From a virus: a DNA stretch of 64,000 nt. Below the pieces are notes generated by a model. The model saw nothing but the letters and a program-made list of their open reading frames with translations. It was not told the DNA's origin and did not search any database. Positions 43,356 through 50,680 of this stretch are shown here, piece by piece. A program made the position numbers and the translations under genes. Within the stretch, counting starts at the first letter, position 1. Every line of letters begins with the position of its first letter. Where the stretch lies: positions 64,001 to 128,000 of the IMG/VR virus record IMGVR_UViG_3300037484_000374. One strand, 5' to 3'.

Positions 43356-43658
43356 AAAATTGAATAGTAACACTAACTATACACGGTAATATTACCAATG
43401 TTACAATGCAAGGGGGGGGGGGTACCATGAATAAGTTTTTTAGAAAACAGTTGGAAAAGTTGAAATCAGGTCGAGGTAAAAGTCTGACTTATAATAATAA
43501 ACATGGAAAGTTTAGAGTAAAATATTGTGATGGTGTAAAATCCAAACCAATGTTTTATGATATCGCAAAAAGATTCGCTGGCATATTCAATGGGAAAGTA
43601 TTTTACATTGAAGATGAGGATGAATATCAGCGGTATGCGTTATAATTGAGAATGATAT

Positions 43659-43735
43659 ACTCCTATGGTGTTAATTGGTAAGCATGTGTGGCTGTTAACC
43701 ACAGGGCCAATGTTCGAGTCCTCGTAGGAGTGCCA
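43659..43735 (+). tRNA. tRNA-Asn(GTT)
   Basis: TGTGG-CTGTTAA-CCACA; ACTCCTA/TAGGAGT acceptor; mismatched T-stem. Confidence 0.85.
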
Positions 43736-43743
43736 AAATTAAT

Positions 43744-43817
43744 GTATCTCTGGTGAAATGGTATCATGATTGGCTCCAACCCAATCGTTGTGGGTTCAAG
43801 TCCTACGAGGTACGCCA
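43744..43817 (+). tRNA. tRNA-Trp(CCA)
   Basis: ATTGG-CTCCAAC-CCAAT; G73 CCA. Confidence 0.9.
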
Positions 43818-43829
43818 TTAAAAATATAC

Positions 43830-43903
43830 GCTAAGAGTGGTTCTGGGAACCGATTTCTCTTGTAAGGAAGTTTTTGGGGGTTCGACTCCTCCTCTTAGCT
43901 CCA
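43830..43903 (+). tRNA. tRNA-Thr(TGT)
   Basis: GCTAAGA/TCTTAGC acceptor; loop CTTGTAA; short D-loop. Confidence 0.82.
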
Positions 43904-43959
43904 AGTTTACACACAACAAGTATTGTGGTATAATGATAGTAAATATAATAGGAGATGTA

Positions 43960-44421
43960 ATGACAAGATTTTTCAAAAGCATTAAAAATTTAATCAGGTG
44001 GTTTCCAGTAATATGGAATGACAAAGATTGGGACAACGCTTATATCTATACGATATTACATAAGAAAATATCAAATATGGAAGATTTTTTCAGAACCGAT
44101 GCTATTATCAGTGAAGCAGACAGAGTTGCCGATGAGATCAACACCGTGGTTTTAGCTCTCCAAAGACTTGTCAAAGATGAGTATGAAGAAATAGCCTTTG
44201 AAGACCATGATAAGAAATGGGGTAAAATAGGAATGATAGAAGCACCATGGAAGATGCACAAGTTTAACTTCACCAGAAAAAATGTCACCACAGAAGAGGA
44301 TAAGAAAATAGAAAAGCAGGAAATGCTTGCTTGTTTTGATAGAGTAGAAGCATATAGACAGTGTGATATTGATCTTGTATGTGATACCATGAAAGAAAAA
44401 ATTCAGGAATGGTGGGATTGA
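43960..44421 (+). CDS. Conserved phage hypothetical protein
   Basis: IKNLIRWFPVIWNDKDWD...WWD; own sigma70-type promoter at about 43906-43934. Confidence 0.7.
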   Translation: MTRFFKSIKNLIRWFPVIWNDKDWDNAYIYTILHKKISNMEDFFRTDAIISEADRVADEINTVVLALQRLVKDEYEEIAFEDHDKKWGKIGMIEAPWKMHKFNFTRKNVTTEEDKKIEKQEMLACFDRVEAYRQCDIDLVCDTMKEKIQEWWD

Positions 44422-44429
44422 AATAATAA

Positions 44430-44505
44430 CTGGGTGTAGCTGAGTTTGGTTTAGCACGGGCCTTGGGAGTCCGAGACGGAGGTTCAAATCCTCTCATCCA
44501 GACCA
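44430..44505 (+). tRNA. tRNA-Pro(TGG)
   Basis: CGGGC-CTTGGGA-GTCCG; C1-G72, A73 CCA. Confidence 0.93.
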
Positions 44506-44997
44506 TAAATTAAAATTATGAAAAAAGATGAATCATTAATACCAGAAGGTGCTTATTGTTACACAATAATAAAAACACCTTGCAAAGAAACAAATTGGTG
44601 CTTGAGAATAAAACCATGTCCTTATTGGAAATTAATTTATGATTTTCCAGAACAAATGAATGGATATTGTAAGTTCTTAAAAGAAGGTGATTGGACTCCA
44701 AAAGGTCTATCATTGTTATGTGAATAACCTTTGCGAGGTACGATAATGAACTCCCTAAAAAAGTTAAAAATGAAAAAGGTCAAGAATGTCCTTTCCTCAA
44801 AAGAGGATGTGAATAAAGTGCGCACCTCGCTGGAGCAAAAAACCTCTCAAGCCTTTGATGCGTTTGCCAAGTCGAAGCAAAAAGACCAGGAAATGGCACA
44901 TTTGAAATATCTTGATTAAAACTAACCTATTCTTGCTTATAAGCCCGGACATCTGAAATTAAGATTCTGGCTTTTTTTAATGCCATATTGAATGATT

Positions 44998-45047
44998 GAG
45001 ACTCTGGCAAGTCACATAAGCGAGTTCGATTCTCGTCAACACCGCCA
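44998..45047 (+). pseudogene. 3' half of a tRNA (G73; possibly Asp)
   Basis: GCGAG-TTCGATT-CTCGT-CAACACC-G-CCA; the 5' acceptor strand and D-arm are missing. Confidence 0.6.
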
Positions 45048-45349
45048 AGTTAAAAAAATATATGAATGATCTTATCAGAATAATACAAGAAAATCTTACA
45101 CATAGTCTACTAAAACCTGAATATAGAAAAATCAACGAAAATAGCCCAACGTATGGTCATTGTTATGCTGCCTCGGAATTTTTATGTAATTTAGAAGGAA
45201 AAGATTAAAGTTTCTTCCCCTATCATGGTAGAGATGAAAATTAGGTTGACATACCATAAACACTATGGTATAGTAGGTTATATAAGAATTTTAAATGGTC
45301 ATAAAGACCAAAAGGGGTCATAAAGACCAAAACTGTAAGGAGAAGATGT

Positions 45350-46204
45350 ATGAAAAATTTGTTAAGTGTATTGGTAGCATTGGTTGCATTTCTTGCTGTC
45401 AGTACAATCCCACAGGTATCTAGGGCATCAGATGACGTTACGATAATGTTTGAGATCGGGATCGGTATTGGTAAATCTGGAAAGGTTGCCAAGAAAGTTG
45501 ACGCTGATCCACGACTCTGTAAGAATCGTGACACTGGTCGGTTGATTTATTTTGGTGTTCGTGCAACATATGATGATGTTGAACTTCACCTTGCGCGTTG
45601 GCAGGGTGACGCTGACTGTTTGACATGTGAGCGTGACGCCTGGGCCTTGGGCCTTGGATATCAAATAACCAGTGATGATCATGGAACAATGGATTATGAC
45701 GATGTGTATACCACATGGACTCATGGACTTGCCTATACATGGGGTGAGGAAAAAAGATACGGGGGTGAGGAAAAAGAAAATACTAACTGGCGTTTACATG
45801 GTAACTTCCAGATTTTTAACCGCCTTGCTGTTGGGGTTCAGACAGAAGATGCAATGCTTGAAGTTGCCTTGAATCGTTATGGTTCATTTGATCCTAACCA
45901 CGGTGAAACATTCTTAACCGCTGGTCTTGGTCTTAACTTTTTGGAAGACACAACACATGTACCAATAGCCACACCTGAAAAAGAAATCGTTTACATCGAA
46001 GGGTCAGCGGGTAAAGACGGAACCGATGGTGAAGATGGTGAAGATGGTGAAGATGGTGAAGATGGTGAAGATGGTGAAGATGGTGAAGATGGTGAAGATG
46101 GTGAAGATGGTGAAGATGGTAACAAGGGTAATAATGGAAACGGTAACGGCTCAGAAGGTGCTTCCCCAGGTCAGGGTAATGGGGCCAACGATGATGAAAA
46201 TTAA
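45350..46204 (+). CDS. Signal-peptide protein: PagL-like outer-membrane beta-barrel candidate with acidic collagen-like tail
   Basis: Sec signal; amphipathic strands (NFQIFNRLAVG, NHGETFLTAGLG); C-terminal (GED)n. Confidence 0.55.
   Translation: MKNLLSVLVALVAFLAVSTIPQVSRASDDVTIMFEIGIGIGKSGKVAKKVDADPRLCKNRDTGRLIYFGVRATYDDVELHLARWQGDADCLTCERDAWALGLGYQITSDDHGTMDYDDVYTTWTHGLAYTWGEEKRYGGEEKENTNWRLHGNFQIFNRLAVGVQTEDAMLEVALNRYGSFDPNHGETFLTAGLGLNFLEDTTHVPIATPEKEIVYIEGSAGKDGTDGEDGEDGEDGEDGEDGEDGEDGEDGEDGEDGNKGNNGNGNGSEGASPGQGNGANDDEN
46025..46120 (+). repeat. Perfect 9-nt tandem repeat (GATGGTGAA), about 10.7 copies, encoding Gly-Glu-Asp
   Basis: Read directly from the sequence. Confidence 0.97.
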
Positions 46205-46660
46205 TTTATAAAGTAAAATAGATACATAAGAAATCAAAAAAAAGGGGGGGGGGGCATAGAAATATGTTCCTCTTTTTTTGATTTAATCACTTGACTTTTT
46301 CTACAGATGTGATATAATACATTATAAGATAAATTCAGTTGAGGGATACACCATGTTACATAAGAAAACAATGTTATTAAGAACCAAAGATAATACTACC
46401 ACTGTTAGAATAGGACTTTTCGGTAATAACTTCAACCCCGATGCTTGGTATCTCTTGAATAAAAGAAATGAGCCAGATGTGATTGTTAATACATCACCAG
46501 CAGGGGCCAGCAAGATCGTTCTCTCATACAAGACATTGGAAGGAAAGAGAGTCTATGATATCTATAAAGTTACATCAATAATAGATATTTGAGAAAAAAT
46601 TAAAATAATTTGAGAAAAAATAGAAAACTTATATAAATAGTAATAGGAGAATTAAATTCA

Positions 46661-46744
46661 ATGACACTCAGACAGACATATACTCTTTTAGAACAACGCA
46701 TACTTGTGATAGGTATTGTTGTGTATTGTGGAGAAATACCGTAA
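46661..46744 (+). CDS. Putative attenuator leader peptide 2 (MTLRQTYTLLEQRILVIGIVVYCGEIP)
   Basis: Late promoter 46632-46639 and SD AGGAG; its stop codon overlaps the antiterminator strand; codons match the cluster-2 tRNAs. Confidence 0.78.
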   Translation: MTLRQTYTLLEQRILVIGIVVYCGEIP

Positions 46745-46808
46745 GACTGGGGGATAAAATAACGATCACAGAACCCCTTGGTCTTAAAAAAGATTAGGGG
46801 GTTTTTTT
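46742..46808 (+). promoter_or_regulatory. Attenuator 2: antiterminator (46742-46753 pairs 46775-46786) versus 14-bp terminator (46772-46803 plus U-tract)
   Basis: Base-pairing read directly from the sequence. Confidence 0.8.
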
Positions 46809-46814
46809 ATTTGA

Positions 46815-46842
46815 TTGACACAGCTTAAAAATATGGTATAAT
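46815..46842 (+). promoter_or_regulatory. Sigma70-type early promoter (similar ones at about 12318, 16162, 18352, 21863, 38514, 41168, 43906, 45246, 46291, 53820, 60316)
   Basis: TTGACA-N16-TATAAT with TG extension. Confidence 0.75.
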
Positions 46843-47046
46843 AAAATATAGGTAAAAGATTAAACTTTATTTAACAGGCGAGTAGGATGTCAGTAACAAT
46901 CATAGTAGTAACAGTTGTTGTAGAAATAGCATTAGTATTGTTGTTTAAAGAGAAAAACTAGGTCTTTGTTCTATGTTGAGGTGTGTGGCTTGTAATCACA
47001 ATATATTGGGGCAGAGTATCCATCATCTCAACCAAAGAAATAATGA

Positions 47047-47121
47047 AGGGGCATAACACAATGGTAGTGTACATGACTTTGAATCGTGATATGGTGGGTT
47101 CGATTCCCCCTGCCCCCGCCA
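47047..47121 (+). tRNA. tRNA-Gln(TTG)
   Basis: CATGA-CTTTGAA-TCGTG; G73 CCA. Confidence 0.9.
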
Positions 47122-47160
47122 AAAATAAATGTGTATTTTTATTATAAATACTAATAATAT

Positions 47161-47237
47161 GGGAGAGTGGTGGAACTGGTATACATACTTCGCTTAGACC
47201 GAAGGTTTTAGGGGTTCGACTCCCCTCTCTCATACCA
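47161..47237 (+). tRNA. tRNA-Leu(TAG) with short variable arm
   Basis: CTTCG-CTTAGAC-CGAAG; A73 CCA. Confidence 0.82.
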
Positions 47238-47261
47238 GATTAATCATCGTGGAGATTAACC

Positions 47262-47435
47262 ATGTGCATATTTAAATGTAGTTGTGGAAGCAGGAAAGTT
47301 AAGATAGAATCTTTTTGTAATTGTCATTATGTAATCTGTATTAATTGTAAAAATACTACAGAGAATTGTACGAGTCCAGAAATGGCAGTATTGAAATGGA
47401 ACCAAAAAATTGATAGTATAAGTCATAGTAAATAA
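47262..47435 (+). CDS. Small Lar-like zinc-finger protein (57 aa, absent from the ORF track)
   Basis: CSCGS...YVICINC...AVLKWN; RBS GGAG. Confidence 0.6.
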   Translation: MCIFKCSCGSRKVKIESFCNCHYVICINCKNTTENCTSPEMAVLKWNQKIDSISHSK

Positions 47436-47452
47436 CCAAAAGGGAGATAGAT

Positions 47453-47842
47453 ATGAAGAAATTGTTTTTAGTATTGATAATATGTTTGAGTTTGTTGTTA
47501 CCGGTAGTTGCATCAGCAAACATGGAGTGTTTGGGTGAACCGCTCACGGATGGCGAAACCAATATAGTTAATATGGTTCACGAACTTCTTACAGCATACG
47601 GTGCTTATATAATACCACTTGCAAACGCAGTTAAACCGGAAGAGGTTTTGGCAATGACTCGACCCGATCTTCAAAGATTGGCAACCCAATTAACAGAAGA
47701 GGGTCTTTTACAAGTGGTTTCAGGTCAGATTGGTTATTACGAAGAGGGTGATGTTTGGATGTTCGTGATTGTCGAACCAACACTGGATAAGGAAGCGGCA
47801 TGTATTATCAGTGTAATGTTAAGAGAGAAGACAGCAAAATGA
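47453..47842 (+). CDS. Secreted hypothetical protein
   Basis: Signal peptide MKKLFLVLIICLSLLLPVVASA. Confidence 0.7.
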   Translation: MKKLFLVLIICLSLLLPVVASANMECLGEPLTDGETNIVNMVHELLTAYGAYIIPLANAVKPEEVLAMTRPDLQRLATQLTEEGLLQVVSGQIGYYEEGDVWMFVIVEPTLDKEAACIISVMLREKTAK

Positions 47843-48234
47843 AAATTTTATTCAGAATATTGATTGTATTAATGTTTTTGTCAGTACCAATGAGCGCACA
47901 GGCAAAAAAAGAATGTACCAGTTGTGGAACGCTGGGTGTTACCGAGCAGATTACGGTAAATGATATTAACAAACAAGTCACTGAGTATTGTAGTGAAAAT
48001 ATGGGCAAGATGAAAACGTGGCCAGTACATAGGGCCATCAAAAAAGCCGAGAAGGGGATCAATTTGATCGTCACACGGTTTATCGACAAGGGGTACGTTG
48101 ATGGTATCACTGTCGAGTTTAAAGTCGTTAGCGATGAGCTATGGCCCGATAGTAAAAAAGTTTATGTAGAATTAACCATTGTTCCAAATAATAAGAAACC
48201 GTCAAGGTGTGTTATCACGGGAAGGTTACAATGA
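47839..48234 (+). CDS. Secreted hypothetical protein
   Basis: Signal peptide MKILFRILIVLMFLSVPMSAQA. Confidence 0.7.
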   Translation: MKILFRILIVLMFLSVPMSAQAKKECTSCGTLGVTEQITVNDINKQVTEYCSENMGKMKTWPVHRAIKKAEKGINLIVTRFIDKGYVDGITVEFKVVSDELWPDSKKVYVELTIVPNNKKPSRCVITGRLQ

Positions 48235-48605
48235 TGAGAATTGTATATATACTCTTAGCACTGATGGTTTTTATGTCACCATCGTTTGAAAAACTTAGCG
48301 CATATTCTGGGATGAGTCAACAAACCAAGAACCAAGGAAGCAATACGAATGTTGTGGAGGTAAAAAAAGAAATTCGAGCATGGTGTGAATATTATTCAGA
48401 AAAAATACCATCAAGGTTAACGTTAATATTATTACAAAGTTCACTGGATGGTTATTGTAACTTTGCAGTTCGTGAGAGGATGGTATATTGGGTTGATAGT
48501 GTGGCATTTATTAAGAATAATGAGATTTGGGTAAAGACCATTATCATCCCTGTAAAGGGTGGAGAAAAAATAGAGTTTACGTTAAGACTCGTAACGAAGT
48601 GTTAA
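48231..48605 (+). CDS. Secreted/membrane-anchored hypothetical protein
   Basis: Hydrophobic N-terminus; ATGA coupling to the upstream gene. Confidence 0.65.
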   Translation: MMRIVYILLALMVFMSPSFEKLSAYSGMSQQTKNQGSNTNVVEVKKEIRAWCEYYSEKIPSRLTLILLQSSLDGYCNFAVRERMVYWVDSVAFIKNNEIWVKTIIIPVKGGEKIEFTLRLVTKC

Positions 48606-48615
48606 TATAAAATAT

Positions 48616-48705
48616 GGAGAGTGCAAATAAGGCTGGATTGGTCTGGCGGTTGGCTGTAAACCAACCCCTGATAGACATGGGGTTCGAATCCTTCACTCCC
48701 CACCA
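48616..48705 (+). tRNA. tRNA-Tyr(GTA), atypical 8/4-like fold with expanded D region
   Basis: GTTGG-CTGTAAA-CCAAC, long variable region, A73 CCA. Confidence 0.8.
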
Positions 48706-48718
48706 AATAGGAACAAGT

Positions 48719-48880
48719 ATGGATATTGAAAAATGTGAATGTGGAAGTAAGAATGTTATACCAGAACTTTTTTGCGGTAGATCATATATCTATTGTAAGG
48801 ATTGTGAAAAAACCACCGGCGAACATATATTACTCGATGAGGCCATAGGTGAATGGAATAAAATGTCCAGAGTGTGGTGA
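48719..48880 (+). CDS. Small Lar-like zinc-finger protein
   Basis: CECGS...YIYCKDC...EAIGEWN. Confidence 0.6.
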   Translation: MDIEKCECGSKNVIPELFCGRSYIYCKDCEKTTGEHILLDEAIGEWNKMSRVW

Positions 48881-49427
48881 TGAAGCAGTACAGGCATTAG
48901 TCAATGGAAGACCGGCCATGGTTTGTGAGAGTTGTATCAATGGAGTTATGACACTTACACAATGCCAATATTGTAATGAATATAGATACAAGAGACAACA
49001 AAAAGTTTGTGGCTGTAGGGAAACGATGAACGAATAATACATGTACCATCCAGACAATAGGTTTCTGGCAATGAGCTTACGAAACTCGTTTGATAGTCTC
49101 AACTCCTATATGGTACCCCAATTTAAAAAAGGATTCACAATGCCTATAAATTTGGAAATTGAAGATTATGAAAGTGTTTTAATTTTAGCAGATGATGAAA
49201 ATGGGAATTTAGTCTGGGAAGTATTGATGCCCGAAATTGATGAAAATGTAGACAGTGAAGGGGTTTCAATACCAACATTAATGTGCGCCGCTGTTGCAAC
49301 CAGAATGAAAGAAGATAAGGGGTTTGTTGATGATATGATAAACTGGTTTGATTGTTTCGTTTGTACTGAACCACCACCAGTTAAAGGTAGAATGAAAACA
49401 AGTTTGAGGAGAGTAAAATAATTTTAT

Positions 49428-49502
49428 GCTCTGATAGTTTAACGGTAGAACGGACAACTTATAGTTGTTTAATGGCCGGTTCGACTCCACCTCAGAGCAC
49501 CA
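49428..49502 (+). tRNA. tRNA-Ile(TAT)
   Basis: GACAA-CTTATAG-TTGTT; GCTCTGA/TCAGAGC acceptor; A73 CCA. Confidence 0.85.
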
Positions 49503-49624
49503 TTAAGGTTTACGGTATGATAAAAATATGTTTGAAATGTGATCAAAAAAAGGATATATCTGAATTTCATAAAAATTGCCATGCTGAATATCATCATTTG
49601 AAAAGATGTAAAAATTGAAAATAA

Positions 49625-49704
49625 GCGGGTATGATAAGCCAAGGGCATTGGTAAACTGGACACCAGCCAGTAAATAAGGGGTTCGACTCCCCCTTCCCGC
49701 TCCA
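49625..49704 (+). tRNA. Atypical Gly-like tRNA (possible ACC anticodon); identical to 17266-17345
   Basis: Same sequence as the 17.3-kb copy. Confidence 0.6.
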
Positions 49705-49716
49705 AAAGTTTTATAT

Positions 49717-49793
49717 AGTTCCGTAGCTTAATTGGCCAAGCATCTCTTTTACACGGAGAAGTCATAAGAGTTCGAGTCTCTTCGGAACCACCA
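49717..49793 (+). tRNA. tRNA-Val(TAC)
   Basis: TCTCT-TTTACAC-GGAGA; A73 CCA. Confidence 0.9.
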
Positions 49794-49803
49794 ATATTAA
49801 TAT

Positions 49804-49880
49804 AGCGGTGTAGCTCAGTGGTAGAGCCGTGGTCCTGATAAGGCACAGACTTAAAGTTCGATTCTTTTTCACCGCTACCA
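49804..49880 (+). tRNA. tRNA-Ile(GAT)
   Basis: AGCGGTG/CACCGCT acceptor; loop CTGATAA. Confidence 0.85.
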
Positions 49881-50451
49881 TTAAATAAAGGATGTTAATA
49901 TGGATGAATTTGTTAAAGTATTTTGTAGGGTTGTAAAGATGCATTGGTACACTTGGAAAGCAAAATATATTCTGGATTCTATTTTGGATGTATGTCGATG
50001 GATAATTTATATTGGTTTCCTTCCAAAGACATTAATTAACTGGACTGTTGGTTGTCATTTGGCAAACTCCAAAAGATTAAGGAAGGTTATTATAGAATCT
50101 GATTTTACAGACATCATAAAATTTGTAGATCGGGCTGATAGAGCCTATAGAAACCTTTACATCGAAGATTAAAGGAACAAAATGAGTAAGCTAAAAATTG
50201 TTTTGAGGATAGTAAGATTGTACAGATGTACTTTTATAGGAAAGTATTACATACCGTTTTTAAATAAAATCATGGATTGTTTTGTGTTTCTTGGAATTAT
50301 CCACTACGGATTTCACAACCATATTGTTGATAAGATAAAGGAAAACACACAAAGAATAATTGAGATCGCCATAGAAGGTGGTAACCATGACCTTGCTGAT
50401 ATCGCTGATGATCAGAATAAAACAGCAGACGATTTATATATTTAAATGTGA

Positions 50452-50524
50452 CGCAAAGTAGACCGGTGTCTGGTGAAGTCTCATAAGCTCTCACGCTGGG
50501 GTTCAATTCCCCACTTTGCATCCA
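50452..50524 (+). tRNA. tRNA-Met(CAT), initiator-like C1:A72 mismatch
   Basis: Loop CTCATAA; T-arm TGGGG-TTCAATT-CCCCA; CCA. Confidence 0.75.
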
Positions 50525-50535
50525 AATAATTAAAT

Positions 50536-50609
50536 GGGGATATAGTTTAGTGGCAGAACAGCTGTCTTTCTAACAGCCAGCAGGGGTTCGATTCCCCTTA
50601 TCCCTACCA
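50536..50609 (+). tRNA. tRNA-Glu(TTC)
   Basis: GCTGT-CTTTCTA-ACAGC; canonical arms; CCA. Confidence 0.88.
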
Positions 50610-50680
50610 AAAAAATTTATTTTGTATTTTAAATATTTTTCCATAAAATCCATATAAATACCAATACAAGGAGAAATAAT

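Noticed and set aside
46025-46120. Tandem repeat as a CRISPR array or an (MVK)n ORF
   Set aside because: There are no spacers; it is an in-frame GED collagen-like repeat of the 45350 gene, and ORF 46026-46211 is its shadow.
46887-46961. Third leader peptide (Val/Ile-rich MSVTIIVVTVVVEIALVLLFKEKN)
   Set aside because: No terminator/antiterminator follows. Hydrophobic coding continues past the stops, so it is more likely a decayed membrane gene.
42898-50521. ORF-track entries overlapping tRNAs (e.g. 43013-43237, 46958-47233, 49469-49846, 5' parts of 43837 and 48614)
   Set aside because: These are shadow ORFs across tRNA genes.
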